The notes below the pieces were generated by a model. It ran no database searches, was not told the origin of the DNA, and saw only the letters and a program-made list of their open reading frames with translations. Below, piece after piece: positions 9,798 to 18,951 of a stretch of 64,000 bases of DNA. Each line of letters begins with the position of its first letter. Positions within the stretch are counted from its first letter, which is position 1. The stretch comes from Candidatus Latescibacterota bacterium. GTDB taxonomy: Bacteria > Latescibacterota > UBA2968 > UBA8231. Both the position numbers and the translations under genes were made by a program. Location: the NCBI GenBank assembly GCA_965248265.1, contig CBDFJF010000002.1, forward strand, positions 3,104,001 through 3,168,000, in the 5' to 3' direction.

Positions 9798-10131
9798 CTA
9801 TCCTCCGAGCTCTCGCACCAACTCACCCATCCAGTTGAGGCAAACGGCCAGAAAAATCTCCACGCCGGCCCCGAGATCCTCCCGAGTTTCGCTGCGCAGG
9901 AAATCTTCGACCGCCAGAATCACCAGGAACACGGAGAGCACCTCGAACGGGCAGCGCCAGAAAACCTCTCCCATGCCGAGACCGAGCAGGAGCTTTTTCT
10001 TGTTTCGAACCCCGAGCTCCAAGAATGGGCGAAATCAGCTGCACGGTTGGCCGTGACGAAGGCGCGCATTCCCCGGTTGACTTCCTCGCGGGTCAGGCCG
10101 TTGGTTGTTGGTTCTCGTCTTTCCAATTCAT
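9798..10131 (-). pseudogene. Decayed membrane protein (MFS-like) remnant
   Basis: Segments LTREEVNRGMRAFVTAN / VQLISPILGAR / VRNKKKLLLGLGMGEVFWRC lie in three successive frames. Confidence 0.4.
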
Positions 10132-10164
10132 GGGCTCGGGCTGGAGATGGGTGTGGAGGAGCTA

Positions 10165-10983
10165 ATGAACATGCCGAACAGATTGAATTTGTGCTACAGC
10201 ACACTGCGTTGGCGTGAGCCTGATCTCGAGCAGGCTCTCGAGGCCTTGAGGACGGCAGGGTGGGACGGTTGGGAAGGGAGGTTGGATCTGGATTGGCTGG
10301 GGCCACCGGCGCGTCTACGGCGGATCTGTGAAAACGCCGGCATGCCCCTGGTCGTCTACACGGCCAGCGGCTCTCCCGATCGTCGCGAGTGGGCGCATGT
10401 TGAGCGCAACAGGCGGCGGATGGAGTACGCTGCCGAGATCGGAGTCGACTGTTTCATGTTCATGAATCAGGGCAAGAGTCCGGAGACGACGGTGAGCGAA
10501 GATGATATCAAAGCGGCGGCCGAGGGAGCTGAAGAGTGGGCCTCCTACGCGGCTGATCTAGGGTTGGAGCTGAGCTACCATATCCACACAAACACTCTCG
10601 TCGATTCCGTGGACGATTGGCGGTTGTACATGAGTCATCTGCAACGGGCCAAGCTGTGCATTGACGTGTCTCATGCACTGTTGTGGGGGTATGATCCAGT
10701 TCAGGCCATCGGCGACTTCAGCAACCAGCTCAACTACATCCACCTTCAGGACTATTCCGCGACTTCGCGGGCGGCTGATGGAACCTACCTGCCGGTTTGG
10801 TGCGACGTCGGTGACGGCGAGGCATTGGATTTTCCCGCGATTCTCCAGATCCTCAAAGAGATCGGTTTCGCGCGTACGGTTACGGCGTGTCCGGGAGAGC
10901 CGGTACCTGGTGCCGAGGATCCATTGAGTGAGGCCCGTCGCTCTCGTAAGACCCGCGACTATTTGGCAGAACTCGGGTTCTGA
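10165..10983 (+). CDS. Sugar phosphate isomerase/epimerase (AP endonuclease 2 TIM barrel, IolE-like)
   Basis: GWDGWE, SYHIH, LCIDVSH, YIHLQD motifs; GGAGG RBS. Confidence 0.82.
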   Translation: MNMPNRLNLCYSTLRWREPDLEQALEALRTAGWDGWEGRLDLDWLGPPARLRRICENAGMPLVVYTASGSPDRREWAHVERNRRRMEYAAEIGVDCFMFMNQGKSPETTVSEDDIKAAAEGAEEWASYAADLGLELSYHIHTNTLVDSVDDWRLYMSHLQRAKLCIDVSHALLWGYDPVQAIGDFSNQLNYIHLQDYSATSRAADGTYLPVWCDVGDGEALDFPAILQILKEIGFARTVTACPGEPVPGAEDPLSEARRSRKTRDYLAELGF

Positions 10984-11987
10984 TCCGCTCCCTTGAGAAT
11001 GTCGGCGACATCAGCCTGCAGGGACCGCAACAGTCGTGGACCATAGTCGGAAACCACCTCAGCAGCGGCGTAGTTGCCCAGGATGGCTGCGTCCTTCAAT
11101 CCGTACCCGTGGGTGAGCCCGAACAACACGCCGCCCGCGAAGGCGTCGCCAGCTCCGGTGGTGTCAACGGCATCGACTGGAAAGCCCGCCACGTGCTGGG
11201 GGAGTTCATCGTTGCCATCCATAACCAGCGCTCCATCGGCCCCACAGGTCACGCACACACGCGTCGCCTGGCGCTTCAAGCTCACGCAAGCGGAGGAGCG
11301 ATCGGACTCGCCGGTGAGCGCGGCGGCCTCATCTTCGTTGCAGAACAGCAGATCTACCGGCGGTGAGAGGAGTTGCTGGAAGCGTTCGGTAAAGGCACCT
11401 ACGATAGCGGGGTCGCTAAGCGTCAGCGCAACAGCACAGCCGCCCGAGCGGGCAGCTTCCATGGCCTGCAGACCGGCGGCGTGGCCGGTGTCCGATGTCA
11501 CCAGATAACCCTCTACGTAGACGAAGTCGCTGCCGTCGATGACCTCTCTTTCCAACTGGCCAGGGCCGACCTCGCTGCTCATCCCCAAAAAAGTATTCAG
11601 GGTGCGATCGGCATCTGGTGTAACCATGACCAGGCACTTACCAGTGGTTCCTCTGGATTCCACTCCCGAACCTGAGGTGACGCCAGCACGCTCGAGGTCT
11701 TCACGGTAAAAACATCCCCAGTCGTCATCTCCGACCTTGAAGGAGTAGTGAGCCTGGCCGCCATACTGGGCGATCGCAATCATGGTGTTGGCGGCAGAGC
11801 CACCGGATGAAGCAGCCTGAGTCTCATCGCCGAGCGCCAGGCAAAGTGTGTGTTGCTCGGCCTCAGCAAGCAGGGTCATGACACCCTTGGCAATGCCATG
11901 GTCATTCAGAAAGCTGTCGCTGACTGAATACTGGAGATCCACCAGAGCGTGGCCGATACCGTAAACATCCGTCTTCTTTGTTGACAA
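10959..11987 (-). CDS. PfkB-family (adenosine/inosine kinase-like) kinase
   Basis: GGSAANT, VTPDADRT, LFCNEDEA, VDTTGAGDAFAGG; start codon uncertain (TTG). Confidence 0.88.
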   Translation of the reverse strand: MSTKKTDVYGIGHALVDLQYSVSDSFLNDHGIAKGVMTLLAEAEQHTLCLALGDETQAASSGGSAANTMIAIAQYGGQAHYSFKVGDDDWGCFYREDLERAGVTSGSGVESRGTTGKCLVMVTPDADRTLNTFLGMSSEVGPGQLEREVIDGSDFVYVEGYLVTSDTGHAAGLQAMEAARSGGCAVALTLSDPAIVGAFTERFQQLLSPPVDLLFCNEDEAAALTGESDRSSACVSLKRQATRVCVTCGADGALVMDGNDELPQHVAGFPVDAVDTTGAGDAFAGGVLFGLTHGYGLKDAAILGNYAAAEVVSDYGPRLLRSLQADVADILKGADQNPSSAK

Positions 11988-12014
11988 GGTGTGAGCCTTG
12001 ATCCTTTCGTTTGC

Positions 12015-12044
12015 TTGCGACGGTCGGCTGAGGCCGACTATATT
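12015..12044 (+). promoter_or_regulatory. Putative sigma70 promoter of infC
   Basis: TTGCGA-18 bp-TATATT. Confidence 0.45.
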
Positions 12045-12091
12045 ACGATTGAACACACAACGACATTACACCCGCGGCTAAGGAGGATCAG

Positions 12092-12613
12092 ATCGCAAAA
12101 CAGCAATCATCGTATACGAGAGTAAACGACTCTATCCGTGTCCCACAGATTCGCCTGATCGCTGCGGATGGAGAGCAAGTCGGCGTCGTCGAGACCAGTG
12201 AAGGGATGCAGATGGCCGAAGCAGCAGATCTCGATCTCGTCGAAATCGCCCCTGACGCCAAGCCGCCGGTCTGCCGCATCATGGACTACGGCAAATTTCG
12301 CTATGACAAAGAAAAAAAGGCGAAGGAGGCACGCAAGAAGCAGCACAACGTGCAGATGAAGACGATCCGCATCAAAACTGCCAACATTTCAGAGAACGAC
12401 ATGGAGTACCGCCTGGGCCATATTCGAGAGTTCATCGGCAAGGGTAACCGGGTGAAAGTGAGCATGCGTTTCTTCGGACGACAGATGGCCTATCGGGACC
12501 GTGGCAAAGTCGTCCTCGAGGACCTCGCCAAGAAAATCGAAGACATCGCCGCCGTTGATCAAATGCCTCAGATGGAGGGCCGTGAGATGTCGATGATTCT
12601 GCGGCCGTTGTGA
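12092..12613 (+). CDS. infC: Translation initiation factor IF-3 with ATC start codon
   Basis: RVNDSIRVPQIRLI, LDLVEIAPDAKPPVCRIMDYGKFRY. TAAGGAGG RBS lies 5 nt before the in-frame ATC at 12092. Confidence 0.93.
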   Translation: MAKQQSSYTRVNDSIRVPQIRLIAADGEQVGVVETSEGMQMAEAADLDLVEIAPDAKPPVCRIMDYGKFRYDKEKKAKEARKKQHNVQMKTIRIKTANISENDMEYRLGHIREFIGKGNRVKVSMRFFGRQMAYRDRGKVVLEDLAKKIEDIAAVDQMPQMEGREMSMILRPL

Positions 12614-12669
12614 ACACCCGCTCGTCGCCGCCATCCCTATCATCACGACCTCTAATCGGCACGAGACGC

Positions 12670-12797
12670 TGGGCTCGGCTCGCCCATCCCCATCGTGAGA
12701 GCAAAGATGCGGACCGGCATATCGCTGGCCGTCGCAAGAATGTAGCTCTCACAACGGCAGGTGTATTGGGGTGGTGGGTGGTATGGGGAGAAAAGCC
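12670..12797 (-). ncRNA. Candidate structured RNA downstream of zapA (usual 6S RNA position)
   Basis: Minus-strand 13-bp stem ccguugugagagc/gcucucacgaugg, an internal bubble and an apical stem-loop. Confidence 0.3.
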
Positions 12798-13154
12798 CTA
12801 GAAGCGCACGGACCCTTCGGCTGGAGGATCGTCGCCGTCAGCGTCTGATTTCGGGGGAACCGAGCTTTCTCCTCCACTCTCGAGTCTCTTGGTGAACGAA
12901 CTGATCCGCTCGTCCGCCTGATCGAGGAGAGCCTCTTTTTTACCGCGCCCTACAAGCACCTCATGGGCGATCTCCATCGCTGCCATGATAGCAACCTCCA
13001 GTGGGGCCGTTTTCCCTGACGACATAGCCGCATCATGCATCTTCTCGTCGAGGTAGGAGGCGACGTGTTCGACGCGATCACTGTCCCCCTCATCCGAAGC
13101 GACATTGTACTGGTGGTTGAAGATACGAACTAACGTACTGTTTTCTTTGGACAT
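12798..13154 (-). CDS. zapA: Cell division protein ZapA
   Basis: VRIFNHQYNV, VEHVASYLDEKM, VAIMAAMEIAHE pattern followed by a coiled coil. Confidence 0.85.
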   Translation of the reverse strand: MSKENSTLVRIFNHQYNVASDEGDSDRVEHVASYLDEKMHDAAMSSGKTAPLEVAIMAAMEIAHEVLVGRGKKEALLDQADERISSFTKRLESGGESSVPPKSDADGDDPPAEGSVRF

Positions 13155-13195
13155 TAGCTCTATATAGATGGGAAATGGTGCAGGATGCTGTAAAT

Positions 13196-13268
13196 AAAAA
13201 AGTGGGGGACTTCCGCGATCTCCCCTTACTCCCGGAAGCCCCCTCTGGTGCGCACTTACCACGTGGTG
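13196..13268 (-). ncRNA. Candidate ~70-nt small RNA or attenuator ending in an intrinsic terminator
   Basis: Follows a near-consensus promoter; stem GGGGGCUUCCG/CGGAAGUCCCC, then CAC and U6. Confidence 0.5.
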
Positions 13269-13270
13269 AG

Positions 13271-13316
13271 TCACAATATATGGTGGGTTCAAAAAATTGT
13301 CAACCATATATTGCGT
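13271..13316 (-). promoter_or_regulatory. Sigma70 promoter (TTGACA-17-TATATT) overlapped by two NrdR-box-like palindromes
   Basis: -35 at 13303-13298, -10 at 13280-13275. Boxes tcacaatatatggtgg (13271-86) and caaccatatattgcgt (13301-16) versus consensus acaCwAtATaTwGtgt. Confidence 0.65.
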
Positions 13317-13490
13317 GGGTGCACATATTTTTTTCAGCGGTTCAGAATCTCTTCAAAAACGGCCCTCGAGTTGCGCAATCCTATCATTTCCATCATCTTA
13401 CATCAATTGTGACCAACCGGTTTCTCGATCTGCGTCGGCAGCCGGGATTGTCAGCTTTTATCCAATAAAGTGGTGTAACTAACTGTAATC

Positions 13491-16400
13491 ATGTCATTTA
13501 GTGGTGTCGATCTGGTTGACATAGCCATGCAGATCCGCAACGGCATATCTGGTGAAGTGCGTACGGATCCGGTGACGAAAATGCTGTACCGGACTGATGC
13601 GAGCATGTACGAGATGGAACCACTGGGTCTCGTCCTGCCCGCCTCTCCCGAGGATGTCGTGCATACGGTACGGGTCGCGGCCGATCACGGTACTCCACTG
13701 CTCCCTCGAGGAGGCGGAACCAGTCTGGCTGGACAGTCAGTCGGCAGTGCCTTTCACGTCGATTACTCCAGGTACATGAATGCCATACTCGAACTCGATG
13801 TTGAGGCGGGTTGGGTTCGTGTTCAACCCGGGGTGGTACTCGATGAGCTGAACAGAGAGCTCAAGCTGCACGGTCTGCAGTTCGCTCCGGACGTGTCCAC
13901 GAGCAGCCGGGCCAATATCGGCGGCATGATCGGCAACAATTCCTGTGGTGCCCACTCTATCTTGTACGGCAAGACCATCGACCATGTCCTCGACCTGACT
14001 GTGGTTCTGGCAGACGGTGCTCTTGTTCGGTTCGAGCCCCTCGACGACGCGCAGTGGAGGAAGAAGGCACAGCTGCCAGGTCTGGAGGGTGAAATCTACC
14101 GGGGGGTGACAGGGGTCATCGAGGAGCACGCCGATGAAATCCGCCGTCGGTTTCCCAGTGTGATGCGACGAGTCTCGGGCTACAACCTCGACGAGTTCGT
14201 CGCCGACGGAGAAGCCGATTCGCGCCGCGATCTGTGCAAACTGGTGGTTGGTTCTGAGGGCAGTCTCTGTCATGTCGTCGAAGCCCGCTTGAAGCTACTG
14301 CCCCTGCCGCAATACAAGGCGGTAGTAGCCTGCCATTTTCACAGCATAAATGAAGCACTTCAGGCCAATCTCGAGATCCTGCAAACATCTCCTGCCTCCA
14401 TCGAATTGGTGGACAAGATCCTGTTGGACCTGACAAAAAACTCGATAGAGCACCGTTCGGCCCGTTCATTTCTGCAGGGCGATCCTGAAGCACTGCTGTT
14501 CGTCGAATATTATGCGGACTCGGAGCAGGAGTTGGAGCACACGGCCCAGTCCCTGGAGGAATTGCTCGATCGAAGCGGTCTGGGTTACGCCACTGTTCAG
14601 GCCTTCGAGCCGGCTTTAATCCAGCAGATGTGGGATCTGCGCAAGGCGGGGCTCGGCCTGCTGATGAGCATGCCGGGAGACAGCAAGCCCCAACCCGGAG
14701 TAGAAGATTCCTGCGTGCCGGTGGAAGTGCAGGCGGAGTATGCCGGCAGGGTGCAGGAGCTGATGAAGGAGAATGACACGGTGGCCGAGTTCTACGGCCA
14801 CGCCAGTGTCGGCGTCCTTCACATCCGGCCCATTATCAATATCAAGAAGGCAGAGGGGGTTCGCCTGTTGCGTCATCTCCAGGACCGTATGAGTGACATG
14901 GTGCTGGAGTATGGTGGGGCCATGTCGGCTGAGCATGGGGATGGCCTTGCTCGTGGTGAGTGGATCGCCAAGATGTTCGGCGAGCAACTTGTCGAGGCCT
15001 TCGCGCAGATCAAAGCGCTTTTTGACCCGGACAACATCATGAACCCGGGCAAGATCGTGAAGCCGCCCCGGATGGACGAGAATCTGCGCTACGATGAGGA
15101 TTACGTCTCGGCCTCGGACGGTTCAGGGGGTGATTCGTTCTTCCGCTTTCAGCGGGAGGGGAGTCTTCTGCAGGCGGTCGAGATGTGTTCGGGCGTCGGC
15201 CACTGTCGCAAGAAAACGGTTGGAACGATGTGCCCCTCCTACATGGCTACCCTTGAGGAGGAGCACTCCACTCGGGGCCGGGCCAACGCTCTTCGGGCCG
15301 CACTTTCGGGTCGTATGCCCGGTGGTGGCATGGACAGCCCGGAACTGGCCCGAGTGATGGATCTGTGCCTGGAATGCAAGGCGTGTAAATCCGAGTGCCC
15401 GTCGAGCGTCGACATGGCGCGGTTGAAATACGAGTCCCTGGCACACTACCGGGAAGCGCACGGTTACCCGCTGCGTTCACGCCTGTTCGGGCACATCGGT
15501 CAGCTCAACCAATGGCTCTCTCGGGCGAGTCTGCTGGCGAATGGGATGATGCGGAATCTGCCCAATCGCTGGTTGCTGGATCTCGTTCTCGGGATTGACC
15601 GGCGCCGGCGATCGCCGAGGCTGGCGCGACAGACGTTTTCCGCCTGGTTTCGTGGCCGATCCCACCGACGAGGGGGAAGCCGAGGCCCGGTCCTCCTGTT
15701 CAACGATACATTCACCGAGTACAACGATCCCCAGATTGGCATGGCGGCTACCTTGATTCTGGAGAGCGCGGGTTTTGAGGTCGTCATTCTTGACGATAAG
15801 ATATGTTGTTGCAGGCCAACTATATCCGAGGGGTTTTTAAGGGAAGCAAAGAAGCTGATAGTCGGCAATCTTGACGTGCTGGAACCGTACGCACGCCAGG
15901 GAATCCCGATGGTCGGACTCGAGCCGAGTTGCGTTCTGACCTTTCGTGACGATTACGTCGATCTGGTGGATGATCCTCGGGCAAAGTTGGTAGCCGGCAA
16001 CAGCTTGCTTCTGGATGAATTCCTGACTGGATTGCGACGAGACGGTGAACTAGAACTGGACTTTACCACGACTCCGCGCAACATCCTCATCCACGGCCAT
16101 TGTCACCAAAAGGCGCTGGTCGGTTCGGCTAGCTGCCTCGAAGTCATGAACATGCCACCAGGGTTTCAGGCACAGGAGATCAACGCCGGCTGCTGCGGCA
16201 TGGCGGGCAGTTTCGGGTACGAAAAGGAGCACTATGACCTGTCCATGCGCATCGGGGAGGATCGCCTGTTTCCAGCAGTACGATCGGCGTCCGCTGACAC
16301 GGAGATTGCCGCTGCCGGGACTTCTTGTCGGCACCAGATAACAGATGCTACCGGTCGAGCACCACGCCACTGGGCGGAGATCCTGGTGGAAGCACTATAG
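13491..16400 (+). CDS. FAD-binding/Fe-S oxidoreductase (YdiJ/GlcD-GlcF fusion, D-2-hydroxyacid dehydrogenase-like)
   Basis: RGGGTSLAGQ, GHASVGVLHIRP, AEHGDG, CSGVGHC, CLECKACKSECP, CCG domains. Confidence 0.9.
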   Translation: MSFSGVDLVDIAMQIRNGISGEVRTDPVTKMLYRTDASMYEMEPLGLVLPASPEDVVHTVRVAADHGTPLLPRGGGTSLAGQSVGSAFHVDYSRYMNAILELDVEAGWVRVQPGVVLDELNRELKLHGLQFAPDVSTSSRANIGGMIGNNSCGAHSILYGKTIDHVLDLTVVLADGALVRFEPLDDAQWRKKAQLPGLEGEIYRGVTGVIEEHADEIRRRFPSVMRRVSGYNLDEFVADGEADSRRDLCKLVVGSEGSLCHVVEARLKLLPLPQYKAVVACHFHSINEALQANLEILQTSPASIELVDKILLDLTKNSIEHRSARSFLQGDPEALLFVEYYADSEQELEHTAQSLEELLDRSGLGYATVQAFEPALIQQMWDLRKAGLGLLMSMPGDSKPQPGVEDSCVPVEVQAEYAGRVQELMKENDTVAEFYGHASVGVLHIRPIINIKKAEGVRLLRHLQDRMSDMVLEYGGAMSAEHGDGLARGEWIAKMFGEQLVEAFAQIKALFDPDNIMNPGKIVKPPRMDENLRYDEDYVSASDGSGGDSFFRFQREGSLLQAVEMCSGVGHCRKKTVGTMCPSYMATLEEEHSTRGRANALRAALSGRMPGGGMDSPELARVMDLCLECKACKSECPSSVDMARLKYESLAHYREAHGYPLRSRLFGHIGQLNQWLSRASLLANGMMRNLPNRWLLDLVLGIDRRRRSPRLARQTFSAWFRGRSHRRGGSRGPVLLFNDTFTEYNDPQIGMAATLILESAGFEVVILDDKICCCRPTISEGFLREAKKLIVGNLDVLEPYARQGIPMVGLEPSCVLTFRDDYVDLVDDPRAKLVAGNSLLLDEFLTGLRRDGELELDFTTTPRNILIHGHCHQKALVGSASCLEVMNMPPGFQAQEINAGCCGMAGSFGYEKEHYDLSMRIGEDRLFPAVRSASADTEIAAAGTSCRHQITDATGRAPRHWAEILVEAL

Positions 16401-16420
16401 CCTTTCGATAATCTTACTTC

Positions 16421-17692
16421 ATGACTGATACAACTGTGCAATTGCCATACGGAGACAACGAGATAGATGTTGTTGTCGCCGAGAAAAATCTGCGCGGAAT
16501 ACTTAAGGCCGCAGATACCCACGGTGATGTCGATGAGGCAGAGGCCATTCGCCATGGGCTGGAGAATCCCACTGGCTCAGCGCCCTTGAGAGACCTAGTC
16601 GAGCCCGGCCAAAAGGTTGTCATCATTACCAGCGATCTGACCAGACCATGCCCGTCTCCGCTGCTGCTGCCCCCGGTGCTGGATGAATTGAATGCTGGTG
16701 GAGTTCCCGACACGGATATCACCGTGGTGATTGCCCTTGGTCTGCACCGGCCTCTGACACCGCTGGAACTGGCCCAATCCGTTGGACAGCAGGTCATTAA
16801 CCGGGTCGACGTCATCAACCACGATCCGGACGACACGGTGCATATCGGAACGACCCGGTTCGGAACCCCCGTTGACCTGTTTCGTCCGTTGGTCCAGGCT
16901 GACGTGCGAGTCTGTCTGGGCAATGTCGAATTTCACTGGTTTGCCGGATACTCGGGTGGAGCCAAGGCCATTCTGCCAGGCTGCGCCTCTGAGCGTACGG
17001 TGACGGCCAACCACGCGATGATGGCTGGTGAGGAGGCGCGAGCAGGGCGTCTGGAGGGAAATCCTGTTCGCGAGGATCTCGAGGAAGGGGTCGAGTTGGT
17101 CGGGGTCGATTTCATACTCAACGTCATCGTCGACAGTCGCCACCGGATAACCGAAGCGGTTGCTGGCGATGTCAGGATCGCCCATCGGCAAGCCTGCGAG
17201 CTTGTCAGGGTGCGCAGTGCGGTGGAAATCGAAGAAAAAGCGGATATCGTCATCGTCAGCGGCGGTGGCAGCCCGTCAGACATCAACCTGTATCAGGCAC
17301 AGAAGGCGCTGGACAATGCCCTGGGGGCGGTCCGTCGTGGTGGCGCCATCGTCTGGCTGGCCCAGTGCAGGGAGGGTGTAGGGAACTCGGTGTTCGAGAC
17401 CTGGATGAGCGAAGCCGGATCGGCACAGCAGATACTGGATCGCATTCAGGTGGAATTCGCCCTGGGAGGGCACAAGGCTGCTGCTCTCGCGAACACGGTG
17501 CAACACGCCCGCGTATACCTGGTTTCCGATCTGGAAACGGACATGTTCGCAGGGTTGGGTGTGATTCAGATGCCCTGCGCTCAGCAGGCACTCGAACGAG
17601 CTCTGGCGGACATCGGGTCGCAGGCATCCGTCCTGGTGATGCCGCAGGGAGCCGCGACGTTTCCGATCACCGCTCAGTATGGACAGAGCTGA
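16421..17692 (+). CDS. larA: Nickel-pincer-dependent lactate racemase family protein
   Basis: SDLTRP, ALGLHR, FHWFAGYSGGAK, NH, DINLYQAQK. Confidence 0.88.
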   Translation: MTDTTVQLPYGDNEIDVVVAEKNLRGILKAADTHGDVDEAEAIRHGLENPTGSAPLRDLVEPGQKVVIITSDLTRPCPSPLLLPPVLDELNAGGVPDTDITVVIALGLHRPLTPLELAQSVGQQVINRVDVINHDPDDTVHIGTTRFGTPVDLFRPLVQADVRVCLGNVEFHWFAGYSGGAKAILPGCASERTVTANHAMMAGEEARAGRLEGNPVREDLEEGVELVGVDFILNVIVDSRHRITEAVAGDVRIAHRQACELVRVRSAVEIEEKADIVIVSGGGSPSDINLYQAQKALDNALGAVRRGGAIVWLAQCREGVGNSVFETWMSEAGSAQQILDRIQVEFALGGHKAAALANTVQHARVYLVSDLETDMFAGLGVIQMPCAQQALERALADIGSQASVLVMPQGAATFPITAQYGQS

Positions 17693-17797
17693 GGCCCAAG
17701 CCGCCGTCCTCATCGAACAGGTCAAGCTGGCGGCTGTGTCGAACGCGCTGCGCTCGGCGCAACAGCGGCTCGACGAGCGGGTCAGTTGCGGCAGGGT

Positions 17798-18862
17798 TCA
17801 CGTTTCGGCGACGAACGGGAGGTCGACGACCGTGGCGTTTGAGGTCCCCGAGTCATCGTCATTGCTGAACTCGAGGCAAGTGCCCGCTTCCGTGAAGGCA
17901 GAGCGCACGTACGCCAGTGCGATGTTGCGGTCCAGAACAGGGGAGTGCGCGGCTGAGGTGATATCGCCGACAGCACGGCCTGCGGATCTGATGACGGTGC
18001 CCTTGGCCGGAATAGCATTCCCAGCCAGAGTCAACCCGACAATCCGCTGTTTCACTTTGTCGTAGGTGTCCAGGCGCGCGATGACCTCCTGGCCGATGTA
18101 ACACCCCTTGTCGAGGTGAACGGCGTGGGCCAATCCCGCCTCCCATGGGTTGTGGTCGTCGTTCAGCTCGGAGCCTGACAACGGGACGCCAAACTGGATC
18201 CGGAGAGCCTCGAATGCGACTTCTCCCATGACTTGAGTTTTACAACCTAACAAGTTGTCCCACAGCTGAATAGCTATATCAGTATTGACGAAAACCTGAA
18301 GCCGGGGACAGGGACCGAGGTCAACCCTCGCAACCGCCAGATCCTGGTCGATGACGGAGCAGCCATAAGGCGGAAGTTCCTCTGCCACGATTCCGAGAGC
18401 CTCGTCGAACAACCGGAGGGATTCAGGTCCGATCAACTCGAACATGCAGGAATCGGCAATCCGATCCACCCATTCGAGCTGCTCTGCGAATAGATACGGG
18501 TCAAGCCATTCCGGCAGCCTTCCACCAGCCTTTGTTGCGCCGACAAATCGTGTCATGTCCTCGCTCATGCGAGCGAAGTTTCCAGCCTCGACGATGCGGC
18601 CCCGGCTGTCTGGGAACACGGCGAGTTGTCCGTGGCCGACTTCCAAGCCGTTGAAGTCGTTCGTCGTCATGCGGTGCAGGAAGTCGAGATGATCCGGGCC
18701 TTTGAAGTCTATTCTGCTCAGATGCGAGGCTTCGCGAATGGCAGATTTGTGGCAGGCGGCGGCACACTCAAGGCGGATATCGCCGAAGTGCGCGGCCAGT
18801 TTCCAGCCGTTCTGCAGGAGCCAACTGGCCGGGTTGGAATGCTCGAGAATCGGGCTTTTCAT
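17798..18862 (-). CDS. ygfZ: Folate-binding YgfZ/GcvT-like protein
   Basis: KGCYIGQEVIAR signature; GcvT-like N-terminus. Confidence 0.85.
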   Translation of the reverse strand: MKSPILEHSNPASWLLQNGWKLAAHFGDIRLECAAACHKSAIREASHLSRIDFKGPDHLDFLHRMTTNDFNGLEVGHGQLAVFPDSRGRIVEAGNFARMSEDMTRFVGATKAGGRLPEWLDPYLFAEQLEWVDRIADSCMFELIGPESLRLFDEALGIVAEELPPYGCSVIDQDLAVARVDLGPCPRLQVFVNTDIAIQLWDNLLGCKTQVMGEVAFEALRIQFGVPLSGSELNDDHNPWEAGLAHAVHLDKGCYIGQEVIARLDTYDKVKQRIVGLTLAGNAIPAKGTVIRSAGRAVGDITSAAHSPVLDRNIALAYVRSAFTEAGTCLEFSNDDDSGTSNATVVDLPFVAET

Positions 18863-18951
18863 GCCGTGTCAGTGTTTGGGGTTCGCGGAAAGTAAGTTAT
18901 CGGGTGGGCAGATTCCGGACAAGAAAATACGTCGGGTTGCAGCCGAGGTCG

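Noticed and set aside
12023-12038. gtcggc-tgag-gccgac palindrome in the infC promoter spacer as a MerR-type operator
   Set aside because: Only 6-bp GC-rich arms, an 18-bp spacer and no MerR gene nearby; could be chance.
17679-18065. 128-aa ORF after larA with a helical-looking N-terminus
   Set aside because: No RBS and mostly antisense to ygfZ.
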